DNA from: Myxococcota bacterium
GTDB taxonomy: Bacteria; Myxococcota_A; UBA9160; UBA4427
DNA length: 64,000 nt
Assembly: GCA_965250285.1 (NCBI GenBank)
Contig: OZ252299.1
Coordinates: 3,264,001 to 3,328,000 of the forward strand
Reading direction: 5' to 3'
Under the pieces are notes generated by a model, which worked only from the letters and a program-made list of their open reading frames with translations, ran no database searches and was not told where the DNA came from. This document shows, piece by piece, positions 38,188 through 47,926 of the stretch; position 1 is the stretch's first letter, and each line of letters begins with the position of its first letter. The position numbers and the translations under genes are program-made.

Positions 38188-39297
38188 TCACATCGTTTCG
38201 GAGTGCGCGGATGCGTCGCGGGCCGGCAGCTGCTGCGTGAGACAGTGCACCGCGCCGAGCCCGATCACCAGGCTCCGGCTCTCGATGCCGATGATCTCAC
38301 GCCCCTCGAAGCACTCGCGCAGTGTCCCGATTGCGCGGGCATCGCTGGCGCCCCCGAAAATCGGGACGAGCACGGCCGCGTTCGAGACGTAGAAGTTGGC
38401 GTGACTGGCCGGCAGGCGGTCGGTGCCCGAGAAGCATGGCGTGGGCATCGGCAGCTCGACGATCTCGAGACCCGGCCAGCTCTGTCGACGCAGGCCATGG
38501 AGCCGAGCGAGGTTGTCGGCGAGGGCCCCGTGATTCGCGTCGGCCGCATCGTCCTCGACCGCCGTGACGACCACCGAGTCAGCCACGAAGCGCGTGAGGT
38601 CGTCGACGTGCCCGTCCGTATCGTCGCCGACGATCCCTTCGCCGAGCCAGACGACGCGCTCGGCCGCCAGCGCGTCGAAGAGGACGCGCTCGAGGGCTTC
38701 GCGCGAGCGCGCTCGACCCTGGGCGCCCCGATTCGGGTGCAGCAGGCACGCTTCGGTCGTCAGCACGGCGCCCGCGCCATTGCCGTCGATCGCGCCCGGC
38801 TCGAGGACGATCCCGGGCTCGAAGCGCGGCACGTCCAGCGCATCGGCCATACGCAACGCCACCCGGGCATCGTGATCCCAGGGCGGGTACTTGCCGCCCC
38901 AGGCATCGAACTCGAAGTCGACCGCGGCCACCGGGGCGAGGTCGTCGGGCGCGGGCTCTGCGGCCGTCACGAAGAGCGCGCCGTGATCGCGCACCCATGC
39001 GTCGTCGGTCTCGATCTCGTACAGATCGACCCGCGATTCGAGCGACGCGTCTCGCGCGCGCAGCTGTTGAGTGACCCGTTCGCCCATCGCCTGGTCGCGC
39101 ACGTTGATCGCGACCCGCTCGCCCGGCGCGATCGCGGCGACGATGTCGACGAAGGTCGACTCGACGGCGGCGAGTCCCTCTGTCCAGGTCTCGACGTTGT
39201 GGGGCCAGCTCAGCCAGGTCGCCGCATGGGGCTCCCATTCGGCGGGCCAGCGGTAGCCCGCCGCGCGCGGGCTCTCGGCACCGCCCGGCGGCCCCAC
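38188..39297 (-). CDS. aguA: Agmatine deiminase
   Basis: PAEWEPH, DAWVRDHG, TTEACLL..NR, DDTDGHVD and GAVHCLTQQ. Confidence 0.92.
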   Translation of the reverse strand: MGPPGGAESPRAAGYRWPAEWEPHAATWLSWPHNVETWTEGLAAVESTFVDIVAAIAPGERVAINVRDQAMGERVTQQLRARDASLESRVDLYEIETDDAWVRDHGALFVTAAEPAPDDLAPVAAVDFEFDAWGGKYPPWDHDARVALRMADALDVPRFEPGIVLEPGAIDGNGAGAVLTTEACLLHPNRGAQGRARSREALERVLFDALAAERVVWLGEGIVGDDTDGHVDDLTRFVADSVVVTAVEDDAADANHGALADNLARLHGLRRQSWPGLEIVELPMPTPCFSGTDRLPASHANFYVSNAAVLVPIFGGASDARAIGTLRECFEGREIIGIESRSLVIGLGAVHCLTQQLPARDASAHSETM

Positions 39298-39300
39298 GGT

Positions 39301-40227
39301 TCAGGACTCGTCGCGCAGGCGGCGCTGTAGATCGCCATAGGCGTCGATGCGCCGGTCGCGCAGAAACGGCCATTCGCGCCGGGTCCGCTCGACGAGGCCC
39401 AGGTCGCAGTCGACGACGAGCACGGCCTCTGCATCAGCCGGGGCCCGCGCGATCACGCGGCCGCGGGGGTCGGCCACAAACGACTGCCCCCAGAAGCGGA
39501 TCCCATCCTCTGCGTCGGCACCCGGAAGGCGTTCGTGCCCCACCCGGTTCACGGCGACGACGAAGACGCCGTTGGCGATCGCGTGGGCGCGCTGGGCCGT
39601 CTCCCAGCTCTCGTGCTGGGTGGCGTCTTCTTCGGCGCTCTCGCCGTGCTGCCAACCGATGGCCGTCGGGTAGAGCAGCAGCTCGGCCCCGGCGAGCGCC
39701 GTCAGCCTGGCGGCCTCGGGAAACCACTGATCCCAGCACACCAGTGCCCCCACGCGGCCGACGCGCGTGTCGTGCGCGACGAAGCCGAGGTCGCCCGGCG
39801 TGAAGAAGAACTTCTCGTAGTAGAGCGGGTCGTCGGGGATGTGCATCTTGCGATAGCGGCCGGCGAGACTGCCATCGGCGTCGAGGACCACCGCGGTGTT
39901 GTGATAGACGCCGGCCGTGCGGCGCTCGAAGAGCGATCCGACGATCACCACGCCATGCTCGGCCGCCGCCTTGCCCAGGGCCTCTGTGCCCGGGCCGGGG
40001 ATCGGCTCGGCCTCGTCGAAGCGAGCGGCGTCTTCGCTCTGACACGGGTAGGTCGCCTGAAACAGCTCCTGCAAACAGACGAGCCCGGCTCCCTGCGCGG
40101 CTGCTTCGGCGACGCCTGCGAGCGCTCGCTCGAGGTTGGCCCGACGGTCCGACCCACAGGCCATCTGCACGAGGCCGACGCGCAGTGTGCGCTCGGGTTC
40201 GGGGACTTCGGCGGAGGGGCTCGACAT
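39301..40227 (-). CDS. aguB: N-carbamoylputrescine amidase (nitrilase family)
   Basis: LQELF, YRKMHIPDDP.YYEKFFF, VCWDQWFPE and YPTAIG. Lies next to aguA. Confidence 0.9.
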   Translation of the reverse strand: MSSPSAEVPEPERTLRVGLVQMACGSDRRANLERALAGVAEAAAQGAGLVCLQELFQATYPCQSEDAARFDEAEPIPGPGTEALGKAAAEHGVVIVGSLFERRTAGVYHNTAVVLDADGSLAGRYRKMHIPDDPLYYEKFFFTPGDLGFVAHDTRVGRVGALVCWDQWFPEAARLTALAGAELLLYPTAIGWQHGESAEEDATQHESWETAQRAHAIANGVFVVAVNRVGHERLPGADAEDGIRFWGQSFVADPRGRVIARAPADAEAVLVVDCDLGLVERTRREWPFLRDRRIDAYGDLQRRLRDES

Positions 40228-40414
40228 GGCGCTTCTCTAGTGCACGGCCCGAGGCGCTGCAAGCAGGGCGGCTCGGGGCGCGACGTGGTCCGCGCGGCGC
40301 GACACCGGGGGGGATGAGCTGGGGCCGGGGGCCCTCGTGACCGGAGCTGTCACGCTGCCGCGCGACGTTCTCGGTCGGGCGGGATCCGGGGGATTGGAGA
40401 GGGAGAGCGCGAAC

Positions 40415-41044
40415 GTGATCAGCCAGACCCGAACGAGCGGTTCCAGTGGTTCGAGTGGTTCCAATGGTTCAAGCGGTTCCGATGGTTCGAGTGGTTTCAA
40501 TGGTTCAAGCGGTTCCAGTGGTTCGAATGGTTCCAGTGGTTCCAGAGACGTGCGCAGTGCACGCAGCGATCGGGACGAGAACGGAGACGGAGAACGGGAC
40601 GACGCCCGCATCGATCGCGCCAACCGGCGTTTCCGGCGCGATCGAGGCAGACACGCGAGCGGCCCACGGCGACGTCGCGCGCCTCTCGCGCGTCGAGGCG
40701 CGGCCCTACGCGTCCGCATGGCGCCGGTCGACGCGTCCCGCGCTCGGCCCGCCGCCGGCGGCGCCCCTGCATCGGCCATCGCACGACCCTCAGCGCCCCG
40801 CGGCGGCGTGAGTGAAGGCCTGGCCGTGATGCTCTCGGTCGTCGTCTTCGGGCTCGGGGCCGCCGCCGTCGTTGCGCAGAGCGAGCTGCAAGCACGCGAT
40901 CCCGGCCTCGACATCGCGCTGCTTCGAGCGCACGCATCTCGCCCGCCTGCCTCGGTCACCCCCGACGGCACTCGCCACGTCCACACCTCCAGCTCGCCGG
41001 CGGCGCCCCCCACGTGGTCGCCGGCGGGGGACGTGGCGAGGTAG
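40415..41044 (+). CDS. Hypothetical protein with a GSS/GSN repeat and one TM segment
   Basis: GTG at 40415 after GGAGAGGGAG and a hydrophobic segment LAVMLSVVVFGLGAAAVVA; otherwise low complexity. Confidence 0.4.
   Translation: MISQTRTSGSSGSSGSNGSSGSDGSSGFNGSSGSSGSNGSSGSRDVRSARSDRDENGDGERDDARIDRANRRFRRDRGRHASGPRRRRAPLARRGAALRVRMAPVDASRARPAAGGAPASAIARPSAPRGGVSEGLAVMLSVVVFGLGAAAVVAQSELQARDPGLDIALLRAHASRPPASVTPDGTRHVHTSSSPAAPPTWSPAGDVAR
40439..40546. repeat. 12 x 9-bp tandem repeat (GGTTCNNNN) with a 36-bp higher-order period
   Basis: GGTTCCAGT GGTTCGAGT GGTTCCAAT GGTTCAAGC GGTTCCGAT GGTTCGAGT GGTTTCAAT GGTTCAAGC GGTTCCAGT GGTTCGAAT GGTTCCAGT GGTTCCAGA. Confidence 0.92.
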
Positions 41045-41136
41045 CCTGGCGCCTCGCACGCGGTGACCCGCTCTGGGCACCGCGTGCGAGGCCCGCGTGG
41101 GCGACGCCGCGCGCCGCGGGCGGGGGTCGCTCGAAG

Positions 41137-41628
41137 ATGACGAAGCGAGTCGAGCACGGAACGACGGGGCCGACCGCCCTGCCGCCGGTCGAACGTTGGC
41201 TCGTCGATGGCTTCAACGTGCTCCACGCCGTGGTCCTCGGCGGCGAGCCGCGGGCCGAGTTCTGGAGCGCGTCACAACGCGCGAGGCTGATCGACCGGCT
41301 GGCCCGCGGCCTCGGCGAAGGCGCGGCCGGACGAGCCGGGATCGTGGTCGTGTTCGACGGCCAGCGGCCGCTCGAAGGCGACGCAGCGCATCCAGCCCCG
41401 GCGCTCGAGGTCGTGTTCGCTCCATCGGCGGACGAGTGGATCGTGAAGCACGTGCGCCGCGCCGCGAACGAGGCCGGTGCCGTGCGGCCGGTCGGCGTCG
41501 TGAGCAACGATCGGCAGGTCGCCGGGCGCTGCCGGCACGCGGGGGCCCCGGTCGTCGCCCCAGCCCACTTCATGTCGCACTTCCCGGCCACCGAAGGCGA
41601 GGCCGCCGAAGGCCCGAGCGGTCACTGA
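41137..41628 (+). CDS. NYN domain (YacP/Rae1-like) PIN-fold protein
   Basis: WLVDGFNV, VVFDG, SADEWI and VVSNDRQV acidic motifs. Confidence 0.8.
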   Translation: MTKRVEHGTTGPTALPPVERWLVDGFNVLHAVVLGGEPRAEFWSASQRARLIDRLARGLGEGAAGRAGIVVVFDGQRPLEGDAAHPAPALEVVFAPSADEWIVKHVRRAANEAGAVRPVGVVSNDRQVAGRCRHAGAPVVAPAHFMSHFPATEGEAAEGPSGH

Positions 41629-41675
41629 GACACCTGACCGGGCCGGGCGCTCTCCCGACGGCTCACGGCGGCGGT

Positions 41676-42653
41676 TCAGAGGGCGCTGTGGGGCAGCGGG
41701 CGCCCTTCGAGACCGGCGATCAGGTTGTCGATGGCCAACGCGACCATGCGGCGCCGGGTGCGGATCGTCGCGCTGCCGATGTGCGGCGCGAGCACGACAC
41801 GCTCGTGGGCCAGCAGGCGACTCGCCGGATCGAGGGGCTCGACCTCGAACACGTCGAGGCCGACGCCCGCGAAGCGACCCGCGTCGAGCGCGTCACACAG
41901 CGCCGCCTCGTCGACGATGGGTCCCCGGGCCGTGTTCACGAGCACGGCGTCCGGCTTCATGCGAGCGAGCGCGTCGCCACCGATCAGGTGGCGCGTATCC
42001 GGCGTCAGTGCCACGTGGAGCGAGACGAAGTCGGCGGCTTCGAGCAGCACCTCGAGCTCGACCGACTCGACGCCGTCGATCTCTCGCGGCGTGCGCGACC
42101 AGCCGAGCACGCGCATCCCGAACGCCCGGGCTCGCTGGGCGACCGCCTGCCCGATCGCGCCCAGCCCCACGATGCCGAGCGTCGAGCCCGCCAGGTCGCG
42201 ACCGAGCAGCATGTCGGGCGCCCAAGGGCGTTCGGGGCGCCAATCGCCGGCCCGCACGAGGCGCTCGGCCTCGCCGAGGCGGCGGGCCGCGGCCATCATG
42301 AGCGCGAAGGTGAGCTCGGCCGTCGTCTCGGTAAGCACCCCTGGGGTGTGTCCCACGGTCAGGCCGCGTGCGCGCGCGGCGGCCAGATCGATGTGATCGA
42401 CCCCCACCGAGACCGTCGAGACGGTGCGCAGTCGCGGCGCCGCGGCGATCAGCTCGGCGTCGACGCAGTCGGTCAACACGCACAGCAACCCGTCCGCCTC
42501 CGCGACGCCTGCCCGAAGCGCGACGGCGCCGAGCGGACCAGCGCCGGCGGGCGCGATCTCGACAAGCGCGGCGGCGTGCAAGGCCTGGAGAGGATCGTGG
42601 CCGGGATCGGCCAGACCACCCAGGTCGTGACTGACGAAGACGCGCGGCGGCAT
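41676..42653 (-). CDS. D-isomer-specific 2-hydroxyacid dehydrogenase (glyoxylate/D-glycerate reductase)
   Basis: VGVDHID, GIVGLGAIG, VNTARG, GLDVFEVEP and PHIGSA. Confidence 0.92.
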   Translation of the reverse strand: MPPRVFVSHDLGGLADPGHDPLQALHAAALVEIAPAGAGPLGAVALRAGVAEADGLLCVLTDCVDAELIAAAPRLRTVSTVSVGVDHIDLAAARARGLTVGHTPGVLTETTAELTFALMMAAARRLGEAERLVRAGDWRPERPWAPDMLLGRDLAGSTLGIVGLGAIGQAVAQRARAFGMRVLGWSRTPREIDGVESVELEVLLEAADFVSLHVALTPDTRHLIGGDALARMKPDAVLVNTARGPIVDEAALCDALDAGRFAGVGLDVFEVEPLDPASRLLAHERVVLAPHIGSATIRTRRRMVALAIDNLIAGLEGRPLPHSAL

Positions 42654-43068
42654 TCAGGCAGCTCCTCGGCGGGCGGCGATTCGACGCGGGGCCTCGGCGG
42701 CGCGGCCGCCCCTGCACTCCAAAACAGCGTTCGCCGCTGCGCGAGGTGCGGCGGCACCGGGCTCGTCTGGGCCCGTTCGCATCCCGAAGGGACTCGCAAC
42801 TAATTCCCCAAGTCGCCTTGAGCCGCAGGGTCGATTCAAGATAACGTCACGCTCCCGTACGCCTTTTCCGCGCGCCTGGTTCGGATTCGGCGTCGCCCAT
42901 CGTCATCGATGCTGCTCCGCGAGCGAACCCCCACCGGTGTCCGTCCAGACCGGCCCCGTCCGCTCTCGGTGCGGCCATCTGCGCCCCCGCATGGGTCCAT
43001 GCCGGTGAACATTCGAGATCAGGGGGTCGGCCGCGTGCGGTCGACCCGCTCCACCAGTCGAGGAAAGC

Positions 43069-46000
43069 ATGTCTGCTGAAGCGCCCAACCCGCCGCCGGC
43101 CAAGAAGTCGGGCTCGCTCAGGTTCGCGGAGTTCACGGTTCGGAACAAGTTTCCGATCGCCGTGCTCCTCGTGATCGGAACGCTCTTCTTCATGTTCCCG
43201 ATCGTGAATGCGGCCCTGATCCCCTTCGATCTGGGGTGGAAGAACCTGCCGGCCGTGAAGGTCGACACGGATGCGCGTCATCAGTGGCCCGATCACCCGT
43301 TCATTCGGGCGCAGAACAAGTTCGCAAGCAAGTTTGGCGGATCGATGCAGGTGGCGATCGCGGTCGTCGTCGAAGAGGGCACGATCTTCACGCCCGAGAT
43401 CATTCAGAAGATCAACCGCATCACGCGGCGGCTCGACGGCCGCGGCTTCGAGAGCCGCACCGACGAGCGCGAAGAGCTCCGCGAAGAGCTCGAAGAGCAG
43501 GGGCTGTCGTCGAAGAAGATTCTGAAGGCACTCGACGAGGCGTACCCGCCCTACCCGGTCAACCACTACCAGGTGAACTCGGTCACGGCGTCGAACACGC
43601 GCGTGATCCAGATCGAGGCCTCGGGTGACATCGAGACCACGGTGCTGATGGACCGGGTGCCGGAGACCCAGGAGCAGGCCGACGAAATTGCGGCGCGCGT
43701 GCGCCAGAACCCGCCCTTCATCTTCGGTCGCCTCGTCTCGCTCGATGAGAAGGGCGCCCTGGTGATGGCCGGCTTCGTCGCCGAGCGCTTCACGAACAGC
43801 CGCGTGTTCCAGGCGGTGTTCGACCACGTCCAGCAGATCAAGGCCGACGAAGAGACCGAGAACGTGCGCATCTACGTCTCGGGCACGCCAATCCTCGTGG
43901 GCTGGGTGCTCAAGCACGCCTTCCAGGTGCAGCTCTTCCTCTTCCTCACCGTCGTGATGATCTTCACGTTGCTCTGGGCCTACTTCCGCCGTTGGCACGG
44001 CGTGCTGATCCCCGCGATCGCGGCCGTCGCAACGTCGATCTGGGGCTTCGGCTTCACCGGCTGGGTCGGCATCACCTTCGACCCGCTGATCCTGGTGATT
44101 CCGACGATCATCACCGCGCGCGCCGTGTCGCACACCGTGCAGATGGCCGAGCGCTTCTTCGAGGACTACGAGATTCTGCTGCCGCAGATCGGCGACCCCG
44201 AGGAGGCGAAGACCGAGGCGGCGACCGTCGCGATGAGCGAACTCATCATCCCCGGCACGCTCGGCATCATCACCGACGTCGCCGGCCTGCTGGTGATTCT
44301 TGTGACGTCGATCCCGCAGATGCGCGACCTCGGCATCTTCGGCGCGTTCTGGGTGTCGTCGATCATCATCACGGTCGAGATCCTGCACCCCGTGCTGATC
44401 TGTTACCTGCCCGCGCCCCACGACCACGAGCACTTCCTGCCGGGTTTCATGGTGCGATTCACGCGCTTCCTCGGCGACATCACGACGCACCCCGTCTACA
44501 AGTACGTGATCGCGGTCGGCACCGTCGTCCTGCTCGCGCTGTCGACCTACATCACGCTCTTCTACTCGCAGATCGGTGAGGCGCGACCGGGCACGCCGCT
44601 GCTCTTCCCCGACCACGAGTGGAACGTGGCGACCGGAGAGATCGCGCGGCGCTTCGGCGGCGTCGACAACTTCGTGGTCTACCTCGAGGGCGACAAAGAG
44701 AAGGCTTCGGGCGACGCCGAGCCAATTCGCCGCATGGAGGAGTTCGAGCGCTGGATGGGTCGCTACACCGACCTCGGCGCGACGCTCTCGATCGTGCCGA
44801 TCCTGCGCACGGCCTGGGGCATGAACCACTACGGCGATCCGAAGTGGAGCTTCGTCTCCGACGACCAGGCGACGGTGCGACAACAGATCTACCAGCTCCG
44901 AACGAACGGAGCGCCCGGCGCGATGGATCCCTACCTCTCACCCGAGGGCAAGGATTCGAACATCATCTTCTTCTACCGGGATCACCGGGGCGAAACGATC
45001 CGCAAAGCGGTGATCGCCGCGCAGGAATTCATCAAGCGCAACCCGATCGGCGAGGTGATCGTGCGCCTCGAGAAGGACAAGGCGCCGCCCGATGCCAGCT
45101 TCTTCACGCGCGCTCGCCTGACGGACGTCTGGTACTACATGCTCGATCCGCTCCTACCGTACCGGCACCACACACTCACGGTGCAGATCCGCAACGAGGA
45201 CGGCAACTACAGCCACGTTCCCGTGAACGACATGACGCAGACGAGCGATCTGCCGGAGTGGATCGAAGACTTCCGCGAGAACTCGCTCTACGCCTACGAA
45301 GATGCCTTCGACATGCTCGAAGAAGGCGAAGTGTTCGGCTGGCCGAGCGAGCTCCAGGAGTGGGGCGTGCAGGACATCGACTATTGGTGGGAGAGCGAGG
45401 AGTTCGGCATCCGTGCCGTGGCGCTCAACACCAAGGACCTCATCGTCGAGGACACGAAGGCCGTCGACGGCGCGCCGCTCTACCAGGCCACGAACTCGTG
45501 GACACGCGGCGTGCAGTTCGTCATGGCCGGCGGTCTGATGGGCATCCTCGCCGCGATCGACGACGAGGTCGAGCGCAGCCACGTCGCGAACATCGTGCTC
45601 ATCTTCCTCGTGATCTTCGTGCTGCACTCGGTGACGTACAAGTCGGTGCCGTCCGGCTTCATCATCCTGCTGCAGATCGCGACGGCGACCATGCTCTCCC
45701 TCGCGTACATGGCGATCGCGGGCATGGGCCTCAACATCAACACGCTGCCGGTGCAGTCGGTCGGCGTCGGCATCGGCGTCGACTATGCGATCTACATCGT
45801 CGACCGTATCCGGCATGAGGTGCAGGATACGGCCGACATCGACGAGGCCGTGAGGCGCGCGATTCGTACGACGGGCATGGCGGTCTCGTTCACCGCCTCG
45901 ACGATCGTCGGCGGCATCATCCTCTGGACGTTCTCCGATCTGCGCTTCCAGGCCGACATGGCGAAGCTGCTCTCGATCCTCATGGTCATCAACATGCTCG

Positions 46001-46131
46001 GCGCCCTGACCGTCGTGCCGGCCTTCTACTCGGTGTTCCGACCGAAGGTCGCGACGGCCCTGTTGACCGAGGACCAGCTCGAGGCGATCCGTCGCCAGAA
46101 GGAGATGGAGCGCCGCAAGGGCCTCGAGTAG
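43069..46131 (+). CDS. MMPL/RND-superfamily transporter (1020 aa)
   Basis: Duplicated 1+5 TM architecture; ARAVSHTVQ..ERF, GIITD and GVGIGVDYAIY motifs. Confidence 0.88.
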   Translation: MSAEAPNPPPAKKSGSLRFAEFTVRNKFPIAVLLVIGTLFFMFPIVNAALIPFDLGWKNLPAVKVDTDARHQWPDHPFIRAQNKFASKFGGSMQVAIAVVVEEGTIFTPEIIQKINRITRRLDGRGFESRTDEREELREELEEQGLSSKKILKALDEAYPPYPVNHYQVNSVTASNTRVIQIEASGDIETTVLMDRVPETQEQADEIAARVRQNPPFIFGRLVSLDEKGALVMAGFVAERFTNSRVFQAVFDHVQQIKADEETENVRIYVSGTPILVGWVLKHAFQVQLFLFLTVVMIFTLLWAYFRRWHGVLIPAIAAVATSIWGFGFTGWVGITFDPLILVIPTIITARAVSHTVQMAERFFEDYEILLPQIGDPEEAKTEAATVAMSELIIPGTLGIITDVAGLLVILVTSIPQMRDLGIFGAFWVSSIIITVEILHPVLICYLPAPHDHEHFLPGFMVRFTRFLGDITTHPVYKYVIAVGTVVLLALSTYITLFYSQIGEARPGTPLLFPDHEWNVATGEIARRFGGVDNFVVYLEGDKEKASGDAEPIRRMEEFERWMGRYTDLGATLSIVPILRTAWGMNHYGDPKWSFVSDDQATVRQQIYQLRTNGAPGAMDPYLSPEGKDSNIIFFYRDHRGETIRKAVIAAQEFIKRNPIGEVIVRLEKDKAPPDASFFTRARLTDVWYYMLDPLLPYRHHTLTVQIRNEDGNYSHVPVNDMTQTSDLPEWIEDFRENSLYAYEDAFDMLEEGEVFGWPSELQEWGVQDIDYWWESEEFGIRAVALNTKDLIVEDTKAVDGAPLYQATNSWTRGVQFVMAGGLMGILAAIDDEVERSHVANIVLIFLVIFVLHSVTYKSVPSGFIILLQIATATMLSLAYMAIAGMGLNINTLPVQSVGVGIGVDYAIYIVDRIRHEVQDTADIDEAVRRAIRTTGMAVSFTASTIVGGIILWTFSDLRFQADMAKLLSILMVINMLGALTVVPAFYSVFRPKVATALLTEDQLEAIRRQKEMERRKGLE

Positions 46132-46150
46132 CCCCCACGGTTCGATACAG

Positions 46151-46194
46151 AAGCGGCGCGTATCCCTGACGGGATGCGCGCCGCTTGTCGTTTC
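46151..46194 (+). terminator. Intrinsic terminator after the MMPL gene
   Basis: AAGCGGCGCGTATCCC-TGAC-GGGATGCGCGCCGCTT followed by GTCGTTTC. Confidence 0.75.
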
Positions 46195-46239
46195 GGGGCC
46201 GCGTCGGGCGTGCGCATGTCGCTGCGCGACGCGAGGCGG

Positions 46240-47853
46240 TCAGACGTCGGCGGTGGCGGCGTCGAGCGGGCGGGCGAACGCCACCTCGGCCGCGGTGTGC
46301 AGGCACAGCAGCACGATCGCGAGGCTGGCCGGCCCGAACTCGGTGCCCTGCCGGTAGTGTGCGACGCCGTTCAGATCGAGCAGCCCGACCACGAGCAGCG
46401 TGCTGATGCCGATGCGCGGCCAGCGCGCGGCGAGAAGCAGCGGGACCGTGATCGAGACCAGGTAGTAGCTCGGCGGCGTGGCGAGCATGGGAATCGCCGC
46501 GCAGCCGAGCGCGGCGGCCTCCCACCGCTCGGCGCGCCCGAGCGCGCGCCACAGCAGGCCGAGGAACCCGACGAGCACGACGATCCGAAGCGTGACCGCA
46601 GCCGCTGGCGCATCGGGCAGTGCCCACGTCACGAGACTCGCGAGGCCGAGTTGATTCGGCAGCGCGAGGGCACCGAAAGCTGAGAGCTTGCCGGCGAGCG
46701 AAACGAACGCGCCGAGACCGTCGCCGAGCATCACGACTACGAGCCCGATGATCACGACCAAGCCGGCGCCGAGGCCGACGACGAAGCGTCGGGCCGATGC
46801 GCCGACACGCCGCTCGGCCAAGGCGATTCGGGTCTCCCGCACGAGCGTCGTCCCCAGCATCGCCGCCGGAAACAACCGCAGCGCCGACGCAGCAACAAGC
46901 GCGATGCCGGCCGCGGCCGGGCGATCGCGGCGCAGCGCGCACACGCCGAGCACCGCACCGCTCCACCAGAGGAACCGCAGCATCGAGTCGCCGAGATAGA
47001 CGTAGCGCCAGAGAAAGCCGCTGCCCCACGCGATCGCGAGCAGGGCCGCCATCTCGAGACCGAACGCCCACCCGACGCACGCGATCGTCGCAGCCACCAA
47101 CAGCCGGTCGAAGTGCAACAGCCCCCAGACGGCAATCTCCGAGTCGAGATCGACGACCTTCGTCACGATCTGCCCCAGTGCGATCCAGGCCGGGGTCGCG
47201 TTGTAGCCGTAGTCGTGGAAGACGGCGTACTGGTAGCCCGGGGGCCACCGACCGACGAACCAGGCGACGTCGTCGCCGAACGCCAGCCAACGCGCGGGCT
47301 CGAATCGTGCGGGGCAATCGGCGCCGGCCCGGCGCACGACCGCTTCGGGAACGGGCTCGAGGGTCTCGAGATCGCGCACGCGGCGGTCGGGGATGGCGGG
47401 CCACAGCCCGCGCTCCTCCATCGCCGTGAGACTGCACTCGTAGAGACCGTCGTGTCCGAGCTCGTCGAAGTACTTCGAGCCGACGAAGTAGACGAAGTTG
47501 TCGCTGCGGGCGAAGCCGTTGGTGTGCGACATCGCGAACCAGTTGTAGTAGCCGGCGTAGCTCACGGCGCCGAGCAGACACAACGCGATCAGGCGCGCGC
47601 GCACGAGCCGCGGATCGGCGCTCGAACGAAGCCAGAAACCGGCGGCGAAGACCACGAGCCCGGCGAACACGACGAGCGTGCGGAGCTGAACCAGGGTGAT
47701 GTCGGTTTGCTGCGCAGCCTGCCGAGCAGCACCGCCGCCCTGCGCCTCGGCCACCAGTGGCCAGGCGATCGTCGCGGCCGCGAGCCCCCCTGCGGCCAGA
47801 TGCCCCGCGACCCGGTTCCCGCGCGTTCGATCCATCGCATTCATCGACGCCAC
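46240..47853 (-). CDS. Polytopic membrane protein, possible GT-C-type glycosyltransferase
   Basis: More than 10 TM segments, with a periplasmic loop containing D...YFVGSKYFDELG.DGLY.C and DYGYNATP.W. Family assignment is inferred. Confidence 0.6.
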   Translation of the reverse strand: MASMNAMDRTRGNRVAGHLAAGGLAAATIAWPLVAEAQGGGAARQAAQQTDITLVQLRTLVVFAGLVVFAAGFWLRSSADPRLVRARLIALCLLGAVSYAGYYNWFAMSHTNGFARSDNFVYFVGSKYFDELGHDGLYECSLTAMEERGLWPAIPDRRVRDLETLEPVPEAVVRRAGADCPARFEPARWLAFGDDVAWFVGRWPPGYQYAVFHDYGYNATPAWIALGQIVTKVVDLDSEIAVWGLLHFDRLLVAATIACVGWAFGLEMAALLAIAWGSGFLWRYVYLGDSMLRFLWWSGAVLGVCALRRDRPAAAGIALVAASALRLFPAAMLGTTLVRETRIALAERRVGASARRFVVGLGAGLVVIIGLVVVMLGDGLGAFVSLAGKLSAFGALALPNQLGLASLVTWALPDAPAAAVTLRIVVLVGFLGLLWRALGRAERWEAAALGCAAIPMLATPPSYYLVSITVPLLLAARWPRIGISTLLVVGLLDLNGVAHYRQGTEFGPASLAIVLLCLHTAAEVAFARPLDAATADV

Positions 47854-47926
47854 CGGGTCTCCGAAGCCCGCCGCAGACCGTCGTCGCCGTCGCGTACGGC
47901 GGCGCGATCCGCGGGCGATCGATCCC

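Noticed and set aside
42800..43068. Riboswitch or HspR site upstream of the MMPL gene
   Set aside because: CTTGA...TCAAG spacing does not fit HAIR and no known aptamer motifs were recognised; pairings are plausible by chance at this GC content.
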